Below, one piece after another: positions 1 to 8,656 of a stretch of 64,000 nucleotides of DNA; the first letter of the stretch is position 1; the number at the start of each line of letters is the position of its first letter. The position numbers and the translations under genes are program-made. The DNA is from Tagaea sp. (GTDB lineage: Bacteria > Pseudomonadota > Alphaproteobacteria > CACIAM-22H2), in the NCBI GenBank assembly GCA_965279525.1, contig CBDIIB010000005.1:768001-832000 (forward strand). The letters are read 5' to 3'. Under the pieces are notes generated by a model that saw only the letters and a program-made list of their open reading frames with translations, was not told the origin of the DNA and made no database searches.

Positions 1-620
1 TGTCGCTGGGCGTGCACCGGCTGTGGAAGGCGTCGTTCGTCCACCAAGTCGCCCCGCGCGTTGGCGAACGCTTCATCGACCTTGCCGGCGGGACCGGCGA
101 CATCGCGTTTGCACTGATGGAACGCGGCGCCACGGTCACCGTGTGCGACTACAACGAACAGATGCTGCGCCAGGGCCGCAAGCGCGCGACCGACAAGTCG
201 CTGATCCCCGGGCCCGACTGGATCACCGGCGACGCGCAGTTCCTTCCCTTCGCGAAACACGTTGCCGACGGCATCACGATCGCCTTCGGCCTGCGCAACG
301 TGACCGATCCGGCCAAGGCGCTGGCCGAGATCCGCCGCGTGCTGAAGCCGGGCGGGCGCTTCTTCTGCCTCGAATTCAGCCGTCTCGCCCTGCCGGTGCT
401 CGACAGGCTCTACGACCGCTATTCGTTCGACGTGCTGCCCAGGCTCGGCCAGATGGTCGCGGGCGACGGCGACAGCTACCGGTATCTCGCCGAGAGCATC
501 CGCAAATTTCCGCCGCAGGGCGAACTTGCGGACATGATGCGCGCGGCCGGTTTCGGGCGCGTGGGCTTCCGCAACCTGTCGGGCGGCATCGCGGCGGTTC
601 ATTGGGGCTGGCGGACCTGA
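1..620 (+). CDS. ubiE: Ubiquinone/menaquinone biosynthesis C-methyltransferase (5'-truncated by window edge)
   Basis: HRLWK, DLAGGTGDIA SAM motif, IAFGLRNVT, SYRYLAESIRKFP; the frame is open to the window start; followed by ubiB. Confidence 0.95.
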   Translation, partial: SLGVHRLWKASFVHQVAPRVGERFIDLAGGTGDIAFALMERGATVTVCDYNEQMLRQGRKRATDKSLIPGPDWITGDAQFLPFAKHVADGITIAFGLRNVTDPAKALAEIRRVLKPGGRFFCLEFSRLALPVLDRLYDRYSFDVLPRLGQMVAGDGDSYRYLAESIRKFPPQGELADMMRAAGFGRVGFRNLSGGIAAVHWGWRT

Positions 621-2155
621 TGGTCTTCCGCCTGCCCGGCCGGCTCGTGCGGCTTGCCAAGATCGCGCGCACGCTCGTCGCCTACGACGCGTTCGAGGCG
701 TTCGGCCTTGCCGATTTCACGCCCTTGGGGGCGCGCGTGGCAACTCGCCTGCGCCGCAGCGGCCTGCCGGAACGGCCGGGCCAGCGGCTGGCATTGGCGC
801 TGACCGAACTGGGGCCGGGCTTCGTCAAGCTCGGGCAGGTGCTGTCCACGCGCGCCGACATCGTGGGCGAAGCGGTCGCCGCCGACCTCACCGACCTGCA
901 GGACCATCTTGCCCCGTTCGCGTTCGAACTGGCGCGCGACACGGTCGAGCGCGAGCTGGGGCAGAAGCTTGGCGAGCTTTTCTCGGATTTCGACGAAACG
1001 GCGATCGCCGCCGCGTCGATCGCGCAGGTGCATTTCGCCACGACGACCGACGGGCGCGACGTCGCGGTCAAGATCCTGCGCCCCGGCGTGGAAGCCGCGT
1101 TCGCGCGCGACGTCGACCTGCTGGCATGGATCGCGCGGCTGATCGAGCGTCTCGTCCCTTCGTTGCGCAGGCTGAAGCCCAACGCGGTCGTCGAAACACT
1201 TGCGCAGACCGTGCGCTTCGAGATGGACCTGCGCCTTGAAGCGGCGGCGGCCGAGGAACTGGCGGCCAACTTCAAGGACGATCCCGAATTCCGCGTGCCG
1301 GCCGTCGACTGGACGCGCACCGCGCGCCGCGTGCTGACGACCGAGCGCGTGGCCGGCATCCCGATCGACGAGCGCGAGGCGCTGATCGCCGCAGGCCACG
1401 ATCCGCGCGACATCGTCGCCAAGGCCGGGCGCGCGTTCTTCCGCCAGGTGTTCCGCGACGGCTTCTTCCACGCCGACATGCATCCCGGGAACATGTTCGT
1501 GGCCGCCGACGGCACGCTGCTGGCGGTGGATTTCGGCATCATGGGGCGCATCGACCGGCCCACGCGCATCGTGCTGGCCGACATGCTCGCGGGCTTCCTC
1601 AACCAGGATTACCGCAAGGTCGCCGAAGTGCATTTCCGCGCGGGCTTCGTGCCGGCCACGCAGGACGTGGGTGCCTTCGCGCAGGCCGCGCGCGCGATCG
1701 CCCAGCCAATCCTCGGCCTGCCGCTCGAGAACATCTCGCTCGCCCGCCTGCTCGCCCAGCTCTTCGAGGTGACCGAGCAGTTCCAGATGGAAACGCAGCC
1801 CCAGCTCCTTCTCCTCCAGAAATCGATGCTGGTGTGCGAGGGCGTGGGGCGCACGCTCGACCCCAGCGTCAACATGTGGGCGCTCGCCCGCCCGCTGATC
1901 GAGGAATGGATGATCGCCAATCGCGGACCGATGGCGCGCATCACCTATGGCAGCGAAGCGCTGCTCGAACGGCTGGAAGAGCTGCCCGCCCTCGTCGCCA
2001 ATCTCGACCGCGCGGCGGCCCAGGTGGCCGGCGGCGGCGTGCGCCTGCATCCCGACACGCTGCGCGCCTTCGGCACCGACCGTCCGCCGACGCGCTGGCC
2101 CTGGATCGCCGCCGGGGCCGCCGGGGCGGCGTTCCTCTATCTGCTGTTCCGATAG
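620..2155 (+). CDS. ubiB: Ubiquinone biosynthesis regulatory kinase UbiB (ABC1 family)
   Basis: ATG overlaps the ubiE stop (TGATG); LGPGFVKLGQ, AAASIAQVH, VAVKILRP, FFHADMHPGN, DFGIMG motifs. Confidence 0.95.
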   Translation: MVFRLPGRLVRLAKIARTLVAYDAFEAFGLADFTPLGARVATRLRRSGLPERPGQRLALALTELGPGFVKLGQVLSTRADIVGEAVAADLTDLQDHLAPFAFELARDTVERELGQKLGELFSDFDETAIAAASIAQVHFATTTDGRDVAVKILRPGVEAAFARDVDLLAWIARLIERLVPSLRRLKPNAVVETLAQTVRFEMDLRLEAAAAEELAANFKDDPEFRVPAVDWTRTARRVLTTERVAGIPIDEREALIAAGHDPRDIVAKAGRAFFRQVFRDGFFHADMHPGNMFVAADGTLLAVDFGIMGRIDRPTRIVLADMLAGFLNQDYRKVAEVHFRAGFVPATQDVGAFAQAARAIAQPILGLPLENISLARLLAQLFEVTEQFQMETQPQLLLLQKSMLVCEGVGRTLDPSVNMWALARPLIEEWMIANRGPMARITYGSEALLERLEELPALVANLDRAAAQVAGGGVRLHPDTLRAFGTDRPPTRWPWIAAGAAGAAFLYLLFR

Positions 2156-2180
2156 CCGCGCCCGCCGCCGCAAAAATCGC

Positions 2181-2281
2181 TTGACGGGAGTTGACGGTAA
2201 AGTGACGGTAAAGTGACCGTCAACCCCATCATCCCATTGAAACGAATATGTTTATCCGCTTCGAGTTGACGGAGAGACAGG
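2181..2281. repeat. Cluster of (T/G)TGACGG direct and inverted repeats
   Basis: TTGACGG at 2181 and 2191, GTGACGG at 2202, tandem GGTAAAGTGAC at 2196-2217, inverted CCGTCAAC at 2217-2224, GTTGACGG at 2265. Confidence 0.75.
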
Positions 2282-2371
2282 TTTTTTTCTCGTCTCATGT
2301 ATGGCGGTCAAAGCAGGCACCCGGCACTCTCCCTCAGCAAGATTTACGATATATAGCCTATTATAGGATAA

Positions 2372-2400
2372 TTGACAATAGAGAACATATCAGGTACATC
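2372..2400 (+). promoter_or_regulatory. Sigma70 promoter overlapped by an alphaproteobacterial LexA (SOS)-type box
   Basis: TTGACA (2372-2377), 17-nt spacer, TACATC (2395-2400); GAAC-N7-GTAC at 2383-2397 versus consensus GAAC-N7-GAAC; RBS AAGGAG before ATG 2423. Confidence 0.65.
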
Positions 2401-2422
2401 CAGCGGGAAAGGAGATCCCGCC

Positions 2423-3802
2423 ATGCTGTCCCTGCTGCCCGTTTCCCGCGACAACGAAACGCCCGACTGGTTCGAACTTCTGGCCGATGTCGGCCGCAAC
2501 CGGCCCAACCGGCGCTCCGACACGTTCAAGGTCGAAAGCCTGCTCGCCAACGAAGGCGATCCCGAGATGCGCGCCGGCATCGGCCCGACCGGCGTGTGGA
2601 GCCCGCTGCTCGATGCCGCGATCCGCCGCTTCCAGAAACGCAGTGGTCTGAAAGTCGACGGCTGGCTTGCCCCCGGCGGCCCGACCATCGAAGCGCTGCG
2701 CGGCCGCCAGGCCGGTGCGTTCGCCGGCTTCGACGTGCCGACGCCCGACGAGATCGACGCGCACCACGCCGCGATCGCCGAGGGGCGCGATCCGCCGATC
2801 GTGTTCGCCGCACCGCCGGCCGCCTTGCGCCCGGTGCCGGGCCTGCCCGCACTCCGCCAGACCGACCGCGATTCGAACACCAGCCAGCTCGACTGGCTCG
2901 ACGTGCACCAGGCCGGGCTCGGCGACGTGCCGGCACAATTCGCGCGTTACGTCGCCGATCTCGGGCCGCTCGGCATCGCGCAGGCGCGCGACTTCGTCGA
3001 CCAGTTCCAGCACCGCTGGCCGGGCGAACGCGACGCGCTCGTCGACGGCATCCTCGACCGGCTCGATGCGCAGGCACAGGCAAGCTTCCTCGGCGCACCG
3101 CGCCCGAAGGGCCAGCCGTTCGGAACGCTTGCCGGCGGCGGACGCCGGCCGGCACCGGTCATCAGCGACCTCGTCCATCGCCCGCAGGACGAACCGCCGG
3201 AATCCGAAACCCGACGCACGCTCGAACTGCGCAAGGGCGGGGAAGGCGGTGGCGCGATGCTGCTGGCGGCGAACGATGCCGGCGACGACGAAGGAGACGA
3301 TGCGGCAAACGATCCGCAGACTGCGCAGGCGGAGCCGGAAGGCCCGCGCGGCTTCGTGACGCCGAAGCAGAACCCCGACATCCGTGGCCAGGACAGTCAT
3401 GGGAAAGGCGGTATGAATGTTCCGCGCAGCGGCGGCAGGACGCACAAGGGCGTCGACATCGTTGCACCGCCGGGAACACCCATTGTTTCACCGGTCGACG
3501 GAACAGTGGTGACCCCCGTCGACCCCTACAACAGCGACCCCGCCAAGAAAGGTAAGCTTTCTGGCATTCGAATAAAGACAAACGACGGATACACCGTCGA
3601 CATGTTCTATGTCGACGTTGACCAAAAGAAATTCAAAGCCGGAACGGCGATACGCGCCGGTGATCCGATAGGTTCAGCGCAGGACCTGTCACCCATGTAT
3701 CCGCCAAAGCCCGCCGGCCCGATGACGAACCACATCCATCTCCAGATCCAAAAGGAGGGCCGCTACATCGATCCAACTCCGCTTCTGAAACGGCAGAAGT
3801 GA
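2423..3802 (+). CDS. Peptidoglycan-binding domain + C-terminal M23 metalloendopeptidase (candidate toxin/bacteriocin)
   Basis: N-terminal PG_binding_1-like AIRRFQKRSGLKVDG..PGGPT; C-terminal HKGVD (HxxxD), NHIH (HxH) and IDPTPLL; no signal peptide; 459 aa from the RBS-supported ATG. Confidence 0.85.
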   Translation: MLSLLPVSRDNETPDWFELLADVGRNRPNRRSDTFKVESLLANEGDPEMRAGIGPTGVWSPLLDAAIRRFQKRSGLKVDGWLAPGGPTIEALRGRQAGAFAGFDVPTPDEIDAHHAAIAEGRDPPIVFAAPPAALRPVPGLPALRQTDRDSNTSQLDWLDVHQAGLGDVPAQFARYVADLGPLGIAQARDFVDQFQHRWPGERDALVDGILDRLDAQAQASFLGAPRPKGQPFGTLAGGGRRPAPVISDLVHRPQDEPPESETRRTLELRKGGEGGGAMLLAANDAGDDEGDDAANDPQTAQAEPEGPRGFVTPKQNPDIRGQDSHGKGGMNVPRSGGRTHKGVDIVAPPGTPIVSPVDGTVVTPVDPYNSDPAKKGKLSGIRIKTNDGYTVDMFYVDVDQKKFKAGTAIRAGDPIGSAQDLSPMYPPKPAGPMTNHIHLQIQKEGRYIDPTPLLKRQK

Positions 3803-4348
3803 TCAATCGACGAGATAAAAGAAGTCATGGAAATACATCGTGATCCATGAACTCCATATCCCATTGCGACGATTGATCGTGAACAGCAGGTCCGTCCAGT
3901 CGATTCCCTTGCACGACGCGAGCTCGTCCGGGCATTCGCGCATCAACACGCGCGCCTGAAAGGAACTCGGATAGACGTAGTGGAGAAACTCGTCGACAAC
4001 GCCATAGCGCAGGACATGGCGTACCTTCGCCGGATTCACGAATCCGGACTTGTCGAGCGCATATTCGACCCGTGTCGCACGCGCTTGCGTCATGACATCG
4101 GGATGGCGGTACCTGTCGCAGCGCCTCGATCGGGCGTATTCGATGCAGCCGATCACGGTCTCGATGCCGCAGATCGGATTTCGCGGCCGTCCGATGCAAG
4201 CGGAACTCTCCGCGTTCGTCGTCACGAAGCGGATGCGCGCCGGATCGACCGAATCGGCCGGCACAAGGCCGCGACCTTGCGCGACAGCTGGCTCGGTCGA
4301 AGCCAGCAGAAGCAGGAATTGGCAGATAAACTTCCGGTTTCCAATCAT
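3803..4348 (-). CDS. Exported Cys-rich hypothetical protein (candidate immunity protein)
   Basis: MIGNRKFICQFLLLLASTEPAVA-Q signal-like N-terminus; six Cys in the mature part; stop abuts the M23 gene stop (TGA|TCA). Confidence 0.65.
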   Translation of the reverse strand: MIGNRKFICQFLLLLASTEPAVAQGRGLVPADSVDPARIRFVTTNAESSACIGRPRNPICGIETVIGCIEYARSRRCDRYRHPDVMTQARATRVEYALDKSGFVNPAKVRHVLRYGVVDEFLHYVYPSSFQARVLMRECPDELASCKGIDWTDLLFTINRRNGIWSSWITMYFHDFFYLVD

Positions 4349-4469
4349 CGGTTGAATCTGCGCGCACACATGTTCTCCGTCAAGCCGTTGTATTTGCGGC
4401 GTGATCCGCCCCGAGTTGCGCCGCCGGCGGGGCCTCCCTAAAATAACACTCCATTCAGGGGTAAATCGG

Positions 4470-5672
4470 ATGCTGGCCGGTAAACGGATACTGCTGATCA
4501 TCAGCGGCGGGATCGCGGCATACAAAAGCCTCGACCTGATCCGCCGCCTGCGCGAGCGCGGGGCCGACGTGCGCTGCGTGCTGACGCGCGCGGCCAAGGA
4601 ATTCGTCACGCCGCTGTCGGTCGGTACCCTTTCGAAGAGCCGCGTCTATGACGAGCTGTTCGACCTGACGGCCGAGCACGAGATCGGCCATATCCGCCTG
4701 GCGCGCGACTGCGACTTGGTCGTCGTGGCACCCGCCACCGCCAATATCCTCGCCAGCATGGCGCAGGGGCTGGCGGGCGATCTCGCCACGACCGTGCTGC
4801 TGGCGACCGACAAGCCGGTGCTGGCGGCCCCGGCGATGAACCACGTGATGTGGGCGAGCCCCGCGACCGTCGCCAATCTCGCCACGCTGCGCGCGCGCGG
4901 CGTTTCGTTCGTCGGCCCCGAGAGCGGCGAGCTTGCCGAAGGCGAGATCGGGATCGGCCGCATGAGCGAGCCGATGGCTATCCTGGCCGCGATCGAGAAC
5001 CTGCTGGGTGCGGACGCACCGTTGCGCGGTAAGCGCGCGCTGGTCACCAGCGGGCCGACCTACGAGCCCATCGATCCGGTGCGCTATATCGCCAACCGCT
5101 CGTCGGGCAAGCAGGGCCACGCGATCGCGGCGGCACTCGCAGCGTTGGGTGCGGAAACCACACTGGTCAGCGGGCCCACGCGCCTTGCCGACCCGAAGGG
5201 CTGCCGCGTGCTGCGCGTCGAGACAGCGCAGGAAATGCTGGCCGCGAGCCTGTCGGCCCTGCCCGCCGACATCGCCGTGTGTGCCGCCGCCGTCGCCGAC
5301 TGGCGCCCCGCGGCTCCCGGCAACGCCAAGCTCAAGAAAGACGGGAGCGCGCCGCCGCAGATCGCTTTGGCCGAGAATCCCGACATCCTCGCGACATTGT
5401 CGCGCCACAAGCCGCGTCCGTCGCTGGTGGTGGGGTTCGCGGCCGAGACCGACGACCTGATCGCGCACGCGACGGCCAAGCGCCTGCGCAAGGGCTGCGA
5501 CTGGATCGTCGCCAACGACGTGAGCACGGGGACCGGCACCTTTGGCGGCGACGACAACCGCGTGCACGTGATCGACGCGGGCGGCACGGAATCGTGGGAC
5601 CCGATGAAGAAGGACGAGGTCGCGCGCCGCCTTGCCCGGCGCATCGCCGACCGGATCGCCGGGGCCGCGTAG
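4470..5672 (+). CDS. coaBC: Phosphopantothenoylcysteine decarboxylase/ligase
   Basis: [48 protein letters not shown]. Confidence 0.97.
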   Translation: MLAGKRILLIISGGIAAYKSLDLIRRLRERGADVRCVLTRAAKEFVTPLSVGTLSKSRVYDELFDLTAEHEIGHIRLARDCDLVVVAPATANILASMAQGLAGDLATTVLLATDKPVLAAPAMNHVMWASPATVANLATLRARGVSFVGPESGELAEGEIGIGRMSEPMAILAAIENLLGADAPLRGKRALVTSGPTYEPIDPVRYIANRSSGKQGHAIAAALAALGAETTLVSGPTRLADPKGCRVLRVETAQEMLAASLSALPADIAVCAAAVADWRPAAPGNAKLKKDGSAPPQIALAENPDILATLSRHKPRPSLVVGFAAETDDLIAHATAKRLRKGCDWIVANDVSTGTGTFGGDDNRVHVIDAGGTESWDPMKKDEVARRLARRIADRIAGAA

Positions 5673-5673
5673 C

Positions 5674-6123
5674 ATGGATCGTCCGGCCATCGGCATCGTG
5701 CGCCTCGCGCACGCCAAAGATCTTCCGTTGCCCGCCTACGCGACCGAAGGTGCCGCCGGGCTCGACCTGCTGGCGGCGGTTTCCGAACCCGTCGAGCTTG
5801 CCCCCGGCACGCATCGCCTGATCCCGACCGGCATTTCCATCGCCCTGCCCGACGGCTTCGAGGCGCAGGTGCGCCCGCGTTCGGGCCTCGCCCTCAAGAA
5901 CGGCGTCACGGTGCTGAACTCGCCGGGCACGATCGATGCCGACTATCGCGGCGAGGTGGGTGCCATCCTGATCAATCACGGCAAGGCCCCGTTCCGCATC
6001 GAACGCGGCATGCGCATCGCGCAGATGGTGATCGCGCGCGTGGCCCACGCCACGTTCACGGAACGCGACGAACTCCCCCCCACGGACCGCGCCGCCGGCG
6101 GGTTCGGTTCGACCGGCCGATAG
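5674..6123 (+). CDS. dut: dUTP diphosphatase
   Basis: [34 protein letters not shown]. Confidence 0.97.
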   Translation: MDRPAIGIVRLAHAKDLPLPAYATEGAAGLDLLAAVSEPVELAPGTHRLIPTGISIALPDGFEAQVRPRSGLALKNGVTVLNSPGTIDADYRGEVGAILINHGKAPFRIERGMRIAQMVIARVAHATFTERDELPPTDRAAGGFGSTGR

Positions 6124-6136
6124 GAACCCCCCGCCG

Positions 6137-6568
6137 ATGATGCGTCTCACCAAGAAACTGCTGTTCGGCATCGAGGCCGTGCTCGACATCGCCTACAACG
6201 CCGGGGCGCGGCCCGTGCAGGCCGCGTCGATCACCAAGCGCCAGGGCATCCCCAAGCGCTATCTCGAGCAGGTGCTGCAAGCACTGGTGCGTGCGGGCAT
6301 CCTCGCCGGCCAGCGCGGACCCAAGGGCGGCTACCGGCTTGCCAAGGAAGCCAGCGCCATCTCGGTCGCCGACATCGTGCGCATCGTGCGCACGATCGAG
6401 GTGGCCCCCGATCCGCTCGACGGCGCACCGGCTTCGGCCCTCGGCCATCAGATCGTGCGGCCGATCTGGCACGACCTGCAGAGCCAGCAGATGGCGACCC
6501 TCGAAGGGCTGACGCTGGCCGATCTCGTCGGCCGCGCCAAGTCGCTCGGCGTGGCGCTGGAAACCTGA
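6137..6568 (+). CDS. Rrf2 family transcriptional regulator (CymR-like, no Fe-S cysteines)
   Basis: RYLEQVLQAL, RGPKGGYRLA; no Cys; upstream of moeB and cysK. Confidence 0.9.
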   Translation: MMRLTKKLLFGIEAVLDIAYNAGARPVQAASITKRQGIPKRYLEQVLQALVRAGILAGQRGPKGGYRLAKEASAISVADIVRIVRTIEVAPDPLDGAPASALGHQIVRPIWHDLQSQQMATLEGLTLADLVGRAKSLGVALET

Positions 6569-6572
6569 AGCG

Positions 6573-7373
6573 ATGGCGCAGGCGCCAACCCTCGGCGATC
6601 TCACCGACGCGCAGTTCGAACGCTATGCGCGCCACCTGATCCTCGACGAGGTCGGCGAGGCGGGCCAGGCGAAGCTGCTGGCGTCGCGCGTGCTGGTCGT
6701 GGGTGCCGGCGGGCTTGGCTCGCCCGTGGCGCTCTATCTGGCGGCCGCCGGCGTGGGCACGCTGGGTCTCGTCGATTTCGACAAGGTCGACGTGACGAAC
6801 CTGCAGCGCCAGATCGTGCATGCGCAGTCGACCGTGGGCATGCGCAAGGTCGACAGTGCGGCGGCCACGCTGCGCCGGCTCGATCCGGCGATCCGCCTCG
6901 AGACGCACGACATGCGCGTCGGCCCCGACAATGTGGTTGCGCTGGTGCGCGGCTACGATCTGGTCGTCGACGGCTCGGACAATTTCGCCACGCGCTATCT
7001 CGTCCATGACGCGTGCTATTTCGCGGGCAAGCCGCTCGTCTCGGGTGCCTTGCTGCGCTTCGAGGGACAGCTCTCGACGTTCAAGGCGCATGAAGGCAAA
7101 TACTCTTGCTACCGCTGCCTCTTCCCGACGCCGCCACCCGCCGATCTCATCCCGCGCTGCGAGGAGGCGGGCATCCTGGGCTCCGTCGCCGGCGTGATCG
7201 GCACGCTGCAGGCAACCGAGGTGCTGAAGGAACTGCTCGGGCTGGGGACGAGCCTTGCGGGCGCTCTGCTGATCTACGACGCGCTCGACACGCAGTTCCG
7301 CCGCATCAACGTGCCGCGCGACGGGTCTTGCGCGCTGTGCGGCACGCATCCGACGATCCTGCCACCCGCCTGA
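6573..7373 (+). CDS. moeB: Molybdopterin-synthase adenylyltransferase (MoeB/ThiF family)
   Basis: RYARH, GAGGLG, NLQRQ, DGSDNF, CYRC, C-terminal CALC. Confidence 0.9.
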   Translation: MAQAPTLGDLTDAQFERYARHLILDEVGEAGQAKLLASRVLVVGAGGLGSPVALYLAAAGVGTLGLVDFDKVDVTNLQRQIVHAQSTVGMRKVDSAAATLRRLDPAIRLETHDMRVGPDNVVALVRGYDLVVDGSDNFATRYLVHDACYFAGKPLVSGALLRFEGQLSTFKAHEGKYSCYRCLFPTPPPADLIPRCEEAGILGSVAGVIGTLQATEVLKELLGLGTSLAGALLIYDALDTQFRRINVPRDGSCALCGTHPTILPPA

Positions 7374-7447
7374 CTTTCGCCGCTTGAACCGGACCCGCCC
7401 TGCCCCGATAATCCCGCCTCCTTCGAACCGACCGGAACCCCCGCCCC

Positions 7448-7984
7448 ATGCGCCTTTTCCGCTTCCTCGTCCTTGCCCTGTTTCTGGCCCTGCCCGCAGC
7501 CGCGGGCGCGCAGGCCCCCGACCGCGAGAACCTGCTTTATATCGACGTCGAGTACGGCCGCATCGTGATCCAGCTGCGCCCCGACCTGGCGCCACGCCAT
7601 GTCGATCGCGTCAAGCAGCTCGCGCGCGCCAAGTTCTACGACGGCATCGTCTTCCACCGCGTCATCGACGGCTTCATGGCCCAGACCGGCGATCCGACGG
7701 GCACGGGCACGGGCGGCTCCGGGCGCGGCAACGTGCCGGCCGAATTCAGCCGCGTGCCGTTCGAGCGCGGCATCGTGGGTGCGGCGCGTTCGCAGAACCC
7801 GAACTCGGCCGACAGCCAGTTCTTCATCATGTTCCGGCGCAATGCCGGCCTCGACGGCCAGTACACCGTCTGGGGCCAGGTGATCTCGGGCATGGAGTTC
7901 GTCGACCGCATCCGGCGCGGCGAGCCGCCGCGCTCGCCCGACAAGATGATCCGCGTCCAGGTGGCCGCGGACGTGCCGAACTGA
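7448..7984 (+). CDS. Cyclophilin-type peptidyl-prolyl isomerase, exported
   Basis: Signal peptide; FYDGIVFHRVIDGFMAQTGDP, SADSQFFI. Confidence 0.93.
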   Translation: MRLFRFLVLALFLALPAAAGAQAPDRENLLYIDVEYGRIVIQLRPDLAPRHVDRVKQLARAKFYDGIVFHRVIDGFMAQTGDPTGTGTGGSGRGNVPAEFSRVPFERGIVGAARSQNPNSADSQFFIMFRRNAGLDGQYTVWGQVISGMEFVDRIRRGEPPRSPDKMIRVQVAADVPN

Positions 7985-8025
7985 ACCCGGGCCGAACTGA
8001 ATTCTCACACGTAAAGGACCAGACA

Positions 8026-8517
8026 ATGGCGGCCGACCTCGAAAACACCCTCTATCTCGATCTCGACTGGGGCCGCGTGACGATCGCGCTACGCGCCGAC
8101 CTGGCGCCGGGCCATGTCGCCCGCGTGAAGGAACTGGCGCGCGACGGCTTCTACGACGGCATCGTGTTCCATCGCGTCATCGACGGCTTCATGGCGCAGA
8201 CGGGCGACCCGACCGGGACAGGCATGGGCGGCTCGGACCGCGGCAACCTGAAGGCCGAATTCTCGAAGGAACCCTTCGATCGCGGCGTGGTCGGTGCCGC
8301 GCGCTCGCAGAACCCGAACTCGGCAGACAGCCAGTTCTTCATCATGTTCGACGAGGGCCATTTCCTGAACGGCCAGTACACGGTGTGGGGCCAGGTCACC
8401 GACGGCATGGAACATGTCGACCGCATCGCCAAGGGCGAGCCGCCCAAGAAGCCCGACAAGATCGTCAAGATGACGGTCGCGGCCGACGACAAGCCTGAAG
8501 CGAAGAAAAAGAAGTAA
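8026..8517 (+). CDS. Cyclophilin-type peptidyl-prolyl isomerase, cytoplasmic
   Basis: RBS AAGGA, MAADLENTLYLDL; same cyclophilin motifs; no signal peptide. Confidence 0.93.
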   Translation: MAADLENTLYLDLDWGRVTIALRADLAPGHVARVKELARDGFYDGIVFHRVIDGFMAQTGDPTGTGMGGSDRGNLKAEFSKEPFDRGVVGAARSQNPNSADSQFFIMFDEGHFLNGQYTVWGQVTDGMEHVDRIAKGEPPKKPDKIVKMTVAADDKPEAKKKK

Positions 8518-8531
8518 ATCGCCAGGATAAG

Positions 8532-8561
8532 CCCCGCCCGGTCCGCCGGGCGGGGTCTTTC
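8532..8561 (+). terminator. Intrinsic terminator
   Basis: CCCCGCCCGG-TCCG-CCGGGCGGGG followed by TCTTT. Confidence 0.75.
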
Positions 8562-8565
8562 GTCA

Positions 8566-8590
8566 ATACCCTATACTATTGTAGGTAGAT
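8566..8590. promoter_or_regulatory. Candidate Rrf2-family operator upstream of cysK
   Basis: AT-rich imperfect palindrome ATACCCTATACTATTGTAGGTAGAT about 70 nt before the cysK start. Confidence 0.4.
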
Positions 8591-8656
8591 GAAAAGTGGT
8601 GATAACTTCTATATGAAGGCGCCCTCGTTCACCCGCAGGAACCGAGGGCCCCGCCA

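Noticed and set aside
2181-2281. TGACGG repeats as a CRISPR array
   Set aside because: Units are 7-11 bp with no unique 25-40 bp spacers, and no cas genes are present.
7448-8517. Tandem cyclophilin genes as a novel duplication
   Set aside because: An exported plus cytoplasmic cyclophilin pair is a common arrangement in Alphaproteobacteria.
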